Below are positions 51,465 through 59,490 of a DNA stretch of 59,501 bases, piece by piece. The notes below the pieces were generated by a model, which did not search any database, was not told the DNA's origin, and saw nothing but the letters and a program-made list of their open reading frames with translations. The stretch is from Candidatus Thorarchaeota archaeon (GTDB taxonomy: Archaea; Asgardarchaeota; Lokiarchaeia; Sigyniarchaeales; SOKP01). Each line of letters begins with the position of its first letter. Positions within the stretch are counted from its first letter, which is position 1. The translations under genes were made by a program, and so were the position numbers. Where the stretch lies: positions 1-59,501 of the forward strand of contig JBHLRA010000003.1 of the NCBI GenBank assembly GCA_048883045.1, in the 5' to 3' direction.

Positions 51465-53340
51465 ATCGCATTCTTGTTTTTAATCTTTTTCTTTTTGGGC
51501 TGGATTTAATAATTTTTGTAGGTCTATTTTTGGGGTCGAATTGTTTCATAAGTTTCCGACCAAGTCCAATTCTTAAAGCTGCAGCCAATGCATATACCTC
51601 ACAATCCAAAGCTTCATTTCTTGAACCTGAAGGCAAAACCCAATTATAACTCGGAAATCCATCTTTATATTTTATAACACGTTTTTCCGAGGTAAGCTGA
51701 AGATAATAATCATCATCAAGACCTTGCGGAAAGTGCATCATACCAGGACCTGGTTGTTTTATTGTTAGCCTAGAATAAATCAATGACTTTGCTGTATCTG
51801 TACCTATTGGCCATAATTCAACACCATGTTTTATTACAGTTCCTTTATAATTGACATCTTGTTTCGTTGGGCGACCTAGAACTGGTTTACGAGGTTGTGC
51901 CATTCCTTTTAATGCCATAGGCCGAAGAATTGATTTTGAGCGTACATAATTATATACATCATGTGTATGATAACCTGTATCTATTCCGGAACATTGTATT
52001 AATAATGGATGTTGATCATTATTTCGTATAAGTGTTCTATTCATCAATCCTGTTAATTCATCCCAAGTTGATTTGTCTTTAGGATCTCCAAATATTTCAC
52101 CCCAGAAAATAAGCCATGATTCTAAATCATTGCCCCAGGCTTTTATTATTACAGCTAGACGGTCATCTTGAACATCAACACCAGCAGTGAGGACAAGACC
52201 ACCTTTAGGAATTGTTAGTGGTTGGTATTGCTCAGCACGATTTCGGATTATTTCCCAGTTTGGCCGGTCTGCTTCAGTTCCAGATGGTTCACCAAGACGG
52301 GTGTTGATCCATGCTTTTATTGATTCAGGGTATTTTTTAGCTTCAAGAAATTCCTGGACCATTTGTGGCCAGGATACCCAACCAACAGGACTATATAGAG
52401 AAGATAATTGATATCCTCGGCTTATTTCTGATCGTTCCGGATGAGTTGATATCCATTTACCTTTAGATAACATTTCTGTTTTTGAAGTTTCATATATAGG
52501 TTCATGGCATTCTTTACAGATATAGCAGACTGATTCAGGGATTAATTGACCAACTTCATCACGTTCAAATTTTATTCCATGTTTTATTTCAGGACCGCCC
52601 CAGATTAGACGCTGCATAAAACCACAATGTGGGCAAGGAACATGATAATATCTTTGGTCAGATTCTTTAAAAAGTTTTTCTATGCGGGAAATATCACGTT
52701 CAGTTGGAGTACTAACATAATATAATTTTTTATCATTTCCAAATGCATCAGTCCTCTTAGGAAATAATATTAACGGATCGCCTTGTCCATCCATATCTTG
52801 TGGGAATTCATCAATATCATCTAACATCATGTAACAAACTGATACAGAACGTGCAGAAGCCCCAGAATTTGCACCTGTAAAAGCTGTTGACCCACCAGGA
52901 AATTCTTTTAACAATAAAGTATTTCCTGATGATTTTTTCGACGGATCTCCAAAAATATTTAATAATTCAGGTACTTGTTTTATAGACGGACCAAATTTTT
53001 TTTTACTATGTTTTTCTGCCATATCAACAGTTGGTAAAGTCATCATACAGGGTCTAGGATATCTATGTGCAATATACAAGAACCAATTATTTCCAACTTC
53101 AGTAGCTCCAATTTGCGTTGGTTTCATGAATATTACACGTTGTATAGGAGACCCAACACTAAGACATTCCATTATTTCTCTTAAATATGGTGTCCGAGAC
53201 GTTGAATATTTTCCGTATTCATGTGCAGCTTCTTTTGGGAGATAACGGTAAGTATCAGACCAATCAGGGAGGGATATATCAGGGTCCGGGGTTAAGCCAA
53301 GTTTTATGTATTTTGTATAGAGTTGGTAGCCGTCTTGCAT
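51463..53340 (-). CDS. terL: Terminase large subunit, lambda GpA family
   Basis: 625 aa. YHVPCPHCGFMQRLIW zinc-finger-like element. Walker B-like MMLDDIDEF. Size and synteny are typical of the GpA family. Confidence 0.9.
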   Translation of the reverse strand: MQDGYQLYTKYIKLGLTPDPDISLPDWSDTYRYLPKEAAHEYGKYSTSRTPYLREIMECLSVGSPIQRVIFMKPTQIGATEVGNNWFLYIAHRYPRPCMMTLPTVDMAEKHSKKKFGPSIKQVPELLNIFGDPSKKSSGNTLLLKEFPGGSTAFTGANSGASARSVSVCYMMLDDIDEFPQDMDGQGDPLILFPKRTDAFGNDKKLYYVSTPTERDISRIEKLFKESDQRYYHVPCPHCGFMQRLIWGGPEIKHGIKFERDEVGQLIPESVCYICKECHEPIYETSKTEMLSKGKWISTHPERSEISRGYQLSSLYSPVGWVSWPQMVQEFLEAKKYPESIKAWINTRLGEPSGTEADRPNWEIIRNRAEQYQPLTIPKGGLVLTAGVDVQDDRLAVIIKAWGNDLESWLIFWGEIFGDPKDKSTWDELTGLMNRTLIRNNDQHPLLIQCSGIDTGYHTHDVYNYVRSKSILRPMALKGMAQPRKPVLGRPTKQDVNYKGTVIKHGVELWPIGTDTAKSLIYSRLTIKQPGPGMMHFPQGLDDDYYLQLTSEKRVIKYKDGFPSYNWVLPSGSRNEALDCEVYALAAALRIGLGRKLMKQFDPKNRPTKIIKSSPKRKRLKTRMR

Positions 53341-53445
53341 TTAATAAATATATTCTTCCTCTTCTTCATCCCAATAATTATTTTTTTCATCATCTTCATC
53401 ATCTTCCAACCATAAATCTTCTGGGTCTATATAATCTTCTATCAT
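53341..53445 (-). CDS. Highly acidic 34-aa micro-ORF abutting terL
   Basis: MIEDYIDPEDLWLEDDEDDEKNNYWDEEEEEYIY. ATGA overlap with the upstream stop. Its TAA is directly followed by the terL ATG. Confidence 0.45.
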   Translation of the reverse strand: MIEDYIDPEDLWLEDDEDDEKNNYWDEEEEEYIY

Positions 53446-54194
53446 AACACTTTCTCCTCTACTTTATTTATAAAATCCTGGCCAATTACATTTATTACGT
53501 CTTGTTTATCTGAATCTGACCATTTTTCCCAATTTGGCATTTTTCCACGTTTAGCGGTATTAAAACGAATAGATCTAACAAAATCATAATATGTTCGAGG
53601 CGTAAATCTTAATCCCAAAAATCCAACCATTTTATACCAACCATTGCCCATTTCACTGTATAGATCTTTTATATCAAATATACAATCAGCAGAATCTATA
53701 TAACATGATATCTTTTCTTTCCAATACCATGCAAGTTGTTTTTTTCCTGTATCAATTTTTGGATCATTACTTTTGAGCCAACTTACACCATTCTCATATC
53801 CTCGATTAGCCATAGAAGGAATAAAAGTTCTATAATCACGTACAAGACCAACTATTTTGCAACCAGGAAAAGTTTTCCGCAATGGTTCAGCCAAAGAGAA
53901 TAAATTATGATTACATTCAATATAATAGCATTTTTTATAGAGAATCCTGGCACAGCGCACATTCGCCATACGAGCTTTGCGACATGCCCGGACTGCATCA
54001 TTAAATTTAAGTTTTTTGGCATGATACAATAAACCGATCGGTTTTATCATAGGTGGCGGTTCATGTACTGCTAAGACTGAATTGTAACAAACATTTAATG
54101 CCCATGCAAGCCATTGTGTTGCTGTGCGACCAGTTGATAAGAAGAAGATTGGTGTTACAGGGCCTGAGATATGTTTATTTTGGAGCATAATCAT
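53442..54194 (-). CDS. Sulfotransferase-fold protein (paralogue of 10070..10822)
   Basis: 250 aa. IFFLSTGRTATQWL...HEPPP...YIECNH...GLVRD...AWYWKEKI parallels IFTLTTGRSGTALL...HEPKP...YIETCH...ILHRD...CYWYTQEI. Confidence 0.45.
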   Translation of the reverse strand: MIMLQNKHISGPVTPIFFLSTGRTATQWLAWALNVCYNSVLAVHEPPPMIKPIGLLYHAKKLKFNDAVRACRKARMANVRCARILYKKCYYIECNHNLFSLAEPLRKTFPGCKIVGLVRDYRTFIPSMANRGYENGVSWLKSNDPKIDTGKKQLAWYWKEKISCYIDSADCIFDIKDLYSEMGNGWYKMVGFLGLRFTPRTYYDFVRSIRFNTAKRGKMPNWEKWSDSDKQDVINVIGQDFINKVEEKVL

Positions 54195-54376
54195 AATTCA
54201 ACCTTAGTAAATATTAAATCGATATCAGGATCTTGAGCTTCTATATGTATAAACTTGCCATTTTCTAATCTCAAAGTAAGAGATGATAATCTAAATTCTG
54301 ATCCTTTTGTCAAAAATGTGGCCGTTTTTCCATCTAATTCAGCAACATTTTTACCATTTAATTCTTCTGTTTTCAT
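54191..54376 (-). CDS. Hypothetical small protein
   Basis: 61-aa ORF. ATGA overlap downstream. Confidence 0.45.
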   Translation of the reverse strand: MKTEELNGKNVAELDGKTATFLTKGSEFRLSSLTLRLENGKFIHIEAQDPDIDLIFTKVEL

Positions 54377-54393
54377 AATTTATATTCTCCCAT

Positions 54394-54555
54394 TTATAAA
54401 GAAATATATTCTTTTATTTGATCTTCGGTATATCCTAGATCTGTCAATAATTTTTTAAATACAATTATGCAATCTGTTAATTCCGTTGGCCATTTATCAT
54501 TTTCAGTTACTTCTATTATATTACCTCCAATTGAACCTAATGTTATCTTAATCAT
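54394..54555 (-). CDS. Hypothetical small protein (not in ORF track)
   Basis: 53-aa ORF MIKITLGSIGGNIIEVTEND.... ATGA overlap with the upstream stop. Confidence 0.4.
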   Translation of the reverse strand: MIKITLGSIGGNIIEVTENDKWPTELTDCIIVFKKLLTDLGYTEDQIKEYISL

Positions 54556-55070
54556 AATTTATATTCTCCTATTCCTATAGTATCACACCAAGGCTTGATG
54601 CCATTATTATATATCTCTAAAGGTTTTATATTCACCCAGGAAAACAAAGTCTTCATTCCGTCTGGCAATATACGCCAATAATCAGGTTTATGGTGTTCCG
54701 GCCCTGTGCCTGGAGCTATGAGACATATTAAACATCCTTTTGGATCTGCTACAGATATAAGTGATTGCATGAACATGAAATGATTGTCAACATGTTCAAG
54801 AGTCTGGCCAGAGATAATGATATTGAATTTCATTATAAGTTGAGATCCTAGATAATCTTTTGGGCTAACTATTATATCAACATTCGGGCCATCAACAATA
54901 TCAACTCCAAGATAACTACAAGAGAATTCAGTATGCTTCTGTAATAGATTATTATAGGTCTTGTGGCCATGAACAGAAAGCGAACCTATATCAAGTATAT
55001 TATAAAATTTATTCTTTATTGGATATTTAGTAAAAAAATTATCCATTTCTTTTAAGCTGCTTTTATGCAT
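54552..55070 (-). CDS. Class I SAM-dependent methyltransferase
   Basis: 172 aa. ILDIGS (motif I-like). IIISGQTLEHV. Confidence 0.6.
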   Translation of the reverse strand: MHKSSLKEMDNFFTKYPIKNKFYNILDIGSLSVHGHKTYNNLLQKHTEFSCSYLGVDIVDGPNVDIIVSPKDYLGSQLIMKFNIIISGQTLEHVDNHFMFMQSLISVADPKGCLICLIAPGTGPEHHKPDYWRILPDGMKTLFSWVNIKPLEIYNNGIKPWCDTIGIGEYKL

Positions 55071-55753
55071 TTAAGATAACCTCCAGAGTTATAAGTTATT
55101 CCAAATCGCTCACAAGTTCTATCAACAAGAAACCGGCCACAATAATTAAGAAATTCGTCCACAGCTTCAGCAGGGCCAGGTTTAGGACCTGTGTTAAGTC
55201 CGTGGTAGCATATTGTATCTTCGACGATGTAATATTGGTCTAAAGTAATGAATTGAGAATATATGTTAAGGTTTGCAAGTGTGTCAGCATAAGTATGGGA
55301 GCCGTCATCAATAACCATAATTTTAGGATTATCATGTTTTAAAAAATGTCCTAATCTCCAGCCATTTTTTATTAAATAGTCCAAATCACTTATTACTTTT
55401 TCATCAGTGGCTTTACCTTTTAAATATGAAATACCATCATAATTCATTGTATTATGATTACCTGGATCAATCGTAATTATTGTTGCAAATCGCTCTTGCC
55501 CATGAATAGCAGTTAATAAATTCCGTAAATATTTAGCCGATCCTCCTTTATAAGTTCCAATCTCAATAATAATATCAGGTTTAGTACGATAAATGATTTC
55601 TTGATATATAAATAAATCAAGTGGGTTTTTCAAGATCGGCAAGCCACAATAATGAGATTGCTGCAAAGCTTTATGAAACATAGGCAAAAAATCTTTTAGT
55701 TTCATGTTTAATAATGATTCAAGTTTTTGTGGTTGGGCTTGTTTTGGCATCAT
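55052..55753 (-). CDS. CmcI-family (cephalosporin hydroxylase-like) methyltransferase
   Basis: 233 aa. GLPILKNPLDLFIYQEIIYRTKPDIIIEIGTYKGGSAKYL closely follows the CmcI family signature. Confidence 0.75.
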   Translation of the reverse strand: MMPKQAQPQKLESLLNMKLKDFLPMFHKALQQSHYCGLPILKNPLDLFIYQEIIYRTKPDIIIEIGTYKGGSAKYLRNLLTAIHGQERFATIITIDPGNHNTMNYDGISYLKGKATDEKVISDLDYLIKNGWRLGHFLKHDNPKIMVIDDGSHTYADTLANLNIYSQFITLDQYYIVEDTICYHGLNTGPKPGPAEAVDEFLNYCGRFLVDRTCERFGITYNSGGYLKCIKAA

Positions 55754-55896
55754 TCACCATTCCATAATTTCTCAATAGCATTCTTAAAACCATTATTAGC
55801 AACACATACTCCAAATTCAACTGCACCTAAAGGAATCCATATTGGCGAGCCTATTATAATAACCAAACTTATTAAGATATATTTTATTACTTTCAT
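55750..55896 (-). CDS. Small membrane protein (48 aa)
   Basis: Start moved to ATG 55896 (MKVIKYILISLVIIIGSPIWIPLGAV), which overlaps the upstream stop as TAATG. Confidence 0.45.
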   Translation of the reverse strand: MKVIKYILISLVIIIGSPIWIPLGAVEFGVCVANNGFKNAIEKLWNGE

Positions 55897-56477
55897 TATG
55901 ATTGCTCCGTCCAATGAAGATGATTTTTGCCACGTTTGCGAATAATACTTAATCCGCAATGTGGTCCAGGTAATGTTACACATTCATAATTATGAAACCA
56001 AAAAGAAGGTTCGATAAATTTTTCATGCAAACTGTGACCCACTTTCCATGCATCATTACAATATCCAGGCTTAAGATATTTTTTGTTTATCGGGTAAGTA
56101 TCATGTAGTAAAATTAAACCAGTGCCGGGTGTTACAAATTCCGACCATGTGAGAAAATCTTGTTTTAATGAATTATAAGCATGATTTGCATCGATGTATA
56201 ATAAATCTATTGTCAAATCTTCTGGCCAGAGTTTAGCAGCTTCTTGGGTTGATTTTTCAATAACTTGTATTGATATCTGTTTCTTAATCCAAGCATCCTC
56301 TTTTTTGAGATCTATATATTTTTTTAAGTTTATATCACACCCAAACGCATAACTTTGAACATATGGCACAACAGCATTAAAAACATAACCTGCTGCAATT
56401 CCAAGTTCTACATAAACTTTAGGTTTAAAAAGACGTGCAAGTTCTACAATTAATGGTTTGTGTTCATTCTGTGTCAT
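55896..56477 (-). CDS. Class I SAM-dependent methyltransferase (Methyltransf_24-like)
   Basis: 193 aa. VYVELGIAAG and LLYIDANHAYNSLKQD motifs. Confidence 0.65.
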   Translation of the reverse strand: MTQNEHKPLIVELARLFKPKVYVELGIAAGYVFNAVVPYVQSYAFGCDINLKKYIDLKKEDAWIKKQISIQVIEKSTQEAAKLWPEDLTIDLLYIDANHAYNSLKQDFLTWSEFVTPGTGLILLHDTYPINKKYLKPGYCNDAWKVGHSLHEKFIEPSFWFHNYECVTLPGPHCGLSIIRKRGKNHLHWTEQS

Positions 56478-56673
56478 TTTTTACCTCGCAATATTCACAA
56501 TTATTTCCAGCCCAGGAATATATACATTTAGTCCAACTATCAAATATTTTTGTATTAATTTTAACCAATATTTTAAAATGTTCTGACATATTCTCTGGCA
56601 TAGAAAACGCGATATCAACAGGTTTAAACTTGCATACGTTTCTATGTATACAATATAAGCAACTTTTATTCAT
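56464..56673 (-). CDS. Small Cys-rich protein
   Basis: 69 aa. CLYCIHRNVC ... CEYC. C-terminal KNDTE overlaps the next start. Confidence 0.5.
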   Translation of the reverse strand: MNKSCLYCIHRNVCKFKPVDIAFSMPENMSEHFKILVKINTKIFDSWTKCIYSWAGNNCEYCEVKNDTE

Positions 56674-56685
56674 TTATTGCTCCCA

Positions 56686-56898
56686 CTATTTTGTTATTAA
56701 TTTATATAAGTCAGGATATTTAAAATTTACTTCATCAGCAATTTTACAAGGTTCTTTCCATCCATTATGTGTTCTTTTCCAATTATCATCTCCCCATTGA
56801 CCTAAACTTATTGGAGTTTCACCGCATTTCACACATATTGGTAATTCCCCCCGATACCACAAGTGTGTATTATCATACTTATGTCTATTCTGTGTCAT
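56686..56898 (-). CDS. Small Cys-containing protein
   Basis: The track start at 56907 is GTG. ATG 56898 (MTQNRHK) has AAGGTGG upstream and repeats the junction seen at 56477. Confidence 0.5.
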   Translation of the reverse strand: MTQNRHKYDNTHLWYRGELPICVKCGETPISLGQWGDDNWKRTHNGWKEPCKIADEVNFKYPDLYKLITK

Positions 56899-57070
56899 TT
56901 TTACCACCTTCAGCTTCTTTTAACTCACATCTCATAACATACGGGCATGATTCTTTATTGCCACAGATTTTAATACCATCATATGATCCAATAACATAAT
57001 CACATTTGGCAGGCTCTTGGACAGTGCAAATATCTAACGTGCTGTTGAAAATATCAATTTTGTTTGACAT
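56885..57070 (-). CDS. Small Cys-rich protein
   Basis: ATG 57070 (MSNKIDIF...) follows the upstream TAA by 1 nt and has an SD. The alternative start is ATG 57085. The C-terminus is KNDTE. Confidence 0.5.
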   Translation of the reverse strand: MSNKIDIFNSTLDICTVQEPAKCDYVIGSYDGIKICGNKESCPYVMRCELKEAEGGKNDTE

Positions 57071-57071
57071 T

Positions 57072-57239
57072 TTATTTCCCTTCATATTTTGTCAATTTAT
57101 ATGTTTCCTGGTAAAAACAATTTTGTGTATAAAGACATAAGCTAATGTAACATCCTGCTGCTATATGTGCTCTATTATTACAGTTAGCACATGAATTAAC
57201 CACATTTAAAGTACAAATTTTTATTTTTGCATCTTCCAT
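57072..57239 (-). CDS. Small Cys-rich protein (not in ORF track)
   Basis: 55-aa ORF MEDAKIKICTLNVVNSCANCNNRAHIAAGCYISLC.... AAAGGGGG SD. Confidence 0.4.
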   Translation of the reverse strand: MEDAKIKICTLNVVNSCANCNNRAHIAAGCYISLCLYTQNCFYQETYKLTKYEGK

Positions 57240-57240
57240 T

Positions 57241-57318
57241 TTATGCCCCCTTTAAACAAAATACTATGAATGCCAAGACTAAAAAACAAATTGTGAACGG
57301 TCCTAAGATATTAGTCAT
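57241..57318 (-). CDS. Hydrophobic micro-ORF (25 aa)
   Basis: MTNILGPFTICFLVLAFIVFCLKGA. Overlaps the GT gene end by 8 nt. Confidence 0.3.
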   Translation of the reverse strand: MTNILGPFTICFLVLAFIVFCLKGA

Positions 57319-58054
57319 TTTTATTTCCTTCTCTCCATTTTCGGATTGCTCTTAAGTAACTTTTATGTTCTTCACGTCTGCGTTTAGATAAATGCAAATT
57401 GTGTGCCGAAAGATCTATTTTAAGCTGTGTTGATGTAATATGGCCATGATGATATACATAATTTCCATAGTTAATGTTTATGCTATAGCCTAATCTGCGT
57501 AAATGTGACATGATCCAGTTATCACCATACCAGATTTTACACTCTTCCGGAAAAGGAGGAATTTCATCAAATATTTGTCGAGGGATAAACCAGGCGTATC
57601 CATTTCGTGTTTTAGTTTTGCGCACTTTGTATGATACTTGAACATCTTGTAATTTAGATAATTTTCCCACAGTTTGGGGATAGAGAAGAGATATATTTTT
57701 ATGTGTATTATATGAGAGAGAAATATTTTGTATGAAGTAGGGTGATATTTCTATATCATCGTTTAAAAAACCTGCAATACCATAATAAGGAATATATTTA
57801 GCTAATATATCATAACCTAGTGTCCAAGCTTCATTTGTTCCTAGATCAGGCATATAATATCCGCGGTTACATTGCGGGGGATAACGTCTATATGCTATAT
57901 CTAAATCAAAATGAGGATTTATTATTCCCTGTCCATATTCGCTAACATCTATAATAATTAATTTATCAGGTTTTACAGTTCCTTGAGCTAATTGTTCGAT
58001 TAATTTCTTTGCAAGTTCTGTTTGTACTACTGGGATTATTATGCCAATTTTCAT
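57311..58054 (-). CDS. GT-A fold (family 2-like) glycosyltransferase
   Basis: 247 aa. MKIGIIIPVV...LIIIDVSE. FLNDDIE (DxD-like). Confidence 0.65.
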   Translation of the reverse strand: MKIGIIIPVVQTELAKKLIEQLAQGTVKPDKLIIIDVSEYGQGIINPHFDLDIAYRRYPPQCNRGYYMPDLGTNEAWTLGYDILAKYIPYYGIAGFLNDDIEISPYFIQNISLSYNTHKNISLLYPQTVGKLSKLQDVQVSYKVRKTKTRNGYAWFIPRQIFDEIPPFPEECKIWYGDNWIMSHLRRLGYSININYGNYVYHHGHITSTQLKIDLSAHNLHLSKRRREEHKSYLRAIRKWREGNKND

Positions 58055-58055
58055 T

Positions 58056-58217
58056 TTATCCCCTTATTATTAAATAAAATATTCCTAGTAAAAAACTTCC
58101 GCCTATTGCTATAAATAAACAACTTGGATAGTTTCGTTTAAAAATTGTATTATTAACATCTATGATACTTGCTGAAATCCACATTATTGCATGTGCCCAA
58201 AACCAAATATTATTCAT
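58056..58217 (-). CDS. Small membrane protein (53 aa, not in ORF track)
   Basis: MNNIWFWAHAIMWISASII...FIAIGGSFLLGIFYLII. ATGA overlap with the upstream stop. Confidence 0.35.
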   Translation of the reverse strand: MNNIWFWAHAIMWISASIIDVNNTIFKRNYPSCLFIAIGGSFLLGIFYLIIRG

Positions 58218-58672
58218 TTTACTAAATCCTCCAATATTTTATTTATTTCTTCGCCTACTATCTTCTTAGTTTCTTTATCGGCAAATTTATTTTTTATCAT
58301 CAATAAAGCATCACGTATTTTGCGCCCTTGTTCAAATGCTGCTTTTTTAACATCGACCACTGAACACAATTCATTCTCTTCCTGTTTGTATTGTAGTTCC
58401 GCGCGTGCTGCTTTCATTTCTTCATGTTTGGCACGGGCAGAATGATATCTTTGCACATAATCGCGTGTTAATGAATCTGCAGGGCCGGTTTTAAGTTTAT
58501 GTGCATTATGGCCAGTACCTCCACGTTTCGCCAATTCATCAAAATTTTTGTCTAAATCAATATAACCATCTTCATCTCTTGTTATTTTTCCAGCTTTGAT
58601 TAATTGAGTTATACGAGAACGGTTTAGACCTAATTCCCGCGCCAAGTCTGCTGGCTTTAATTTTATACCCAT
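58214..58672 (-). CDS. HTH protein, candidate terminase small subunit (lambda Nu1-like)
   Basis: 152 aa. N-terminal HTH (LKPADLARELGLNRSRITQLIKAG) followed by a helical charged region. First recognisable packaging-type gene inside the putative cos end. Confidence 0.45.
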   Translation of the reverse strand: MGIKLKPADLARELGLNRSRITQLIKAGKITRDEDGYIDLDKNFDELAKRGGTGHNAHKLKTGPADSLTRDYVQRYHSARAKHEEMKAARAELQYKQEENELCSVVDVKKAAFEQGRKIRDALLMIKNKFADKETKKIVGEEINKILEDLVK

Positions 58673-58676
58673 AATT

Positions 58677-58781
58677 CTATCTTAAATCATAAAAAATAGA
58701 AATTATTATTGTCGCAATAAATATTCCTAATGAGAAATACACTAATGCTGTACATAAATTACTAACTTCAAAAATTGTCAT
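58677..58781 (-). CDS. Hydrophobic micro-ORF (34 aa)
   Basis: MTIFEVSNLCTALVYFSLGIFIATIIISIFYDLR. Confidence 0.3.
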   Translation of the reverse strand: MTIFEVSNLCTALVYFSLGIFIATIIISIFYDLR

Positions 58782-58803
58782 GATTAGCACCTGGACTTCC
58801 TAA

Positions 58804-59208
58804 TTATTGATTAACTTCTATATTTTCAATTTGGATAATACTTTTAATCCTAAAACTCCCCGGTACTGGAGGAGCTCCGGTCTGATTCTGATTTACTTCA
58901 TTCGAACTATCGGAAGTCAAACCATCATTATCATATGCCCTAAGTACCCAATAATAATTCTTTCCATCCGGAACATTTTGCAAAGTGTATTCCCGTGCCG
59001 TGGCATCTTCTATTGTAGCTATTGGTGCTTCAAAATTATATGCTCCTGTTTCCCCTTCACGTTGAAATAATTTAAAACCAGCAAGATCGGGAACAGTTTG
59101 CATTCCCCAGGCAAAAGTAATTCCGGTTGTTGCATGGGATAGTGATGTAACACTCAAAAAAATAAAACATGTTAGCAATAGAATTAAAATAATTTTAAAA
59201 CTTCTCAT
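58804..59208 (-). CDS. Secreted fibronectin type III-like domain protein
   Basis: 134 aa. Signal peptide MRSFKIILILLLTCFIFLSVTSLSHA. FN3-like YYWVLRAYDNDGLTSDSSNEV. Confidence 0.6.
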   Translation of the reverse strand: MRSFKIILILLLTCFIFLSVTSLSHATTGITFAWGMQTVPDLAGFKLFQREGETGAYNFEAPIATIEDATAREYTLQNVPDGKNYYWVLRAYDNDGLTSDSSNEVNQNQTGAPPVPGSFRIKSIIQIENIEVNQ

Positions 59209-59239
59209 ACTCTAAACCTCCCTAGAAAATTGCCAGGTG

Positions 59240-59425
59240 CTAATCAAATTTTATTGGCTCTATAGGTTCAAGGAAATAAGATCCATAATCCATTTCTTCT
59301 TTAATAGAATAACCATGATCTCCATATACATAAAAAATTAATTCACCTTCTTTTTTAACTACTGTGTTCTTATCACAATCAACGTCATAAAAACGATAAT
59401 ATCCATCTTGTTCAGGAATCTTCAT
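59240..59425 (-). CDS. Hypothetical small protein, paralogous to the C-terminal half of 138..581
   Basis: The track start at 59446 is TTG. ATG 59425 (MKIPEQDGYYRF) has GGGAGG 5 nt upstream. Confidence 0.5.
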   Translation of the reverse strand: MKIPEQDGYYRFYDVDCDKNTVVKKEGELIFYVYGDHGYSIKEEMDYGSYFLEPIEPIKFD

Positions 59426-59490
59426 TCTTACCTCCCATCTGTTCAAAAACTAAACAAAAAACATACCCTTTTACGTGCCCTATTTTCGCA

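Noticed and set aside
55897-55983. N-terminal extension of track ORF 55750..55983
   Set aside because: It overlaps the methyltransferase gene by 88 nt. ATG 55896 overlaps that gene's stop (TAATG) and begins the hydrophobic segment.
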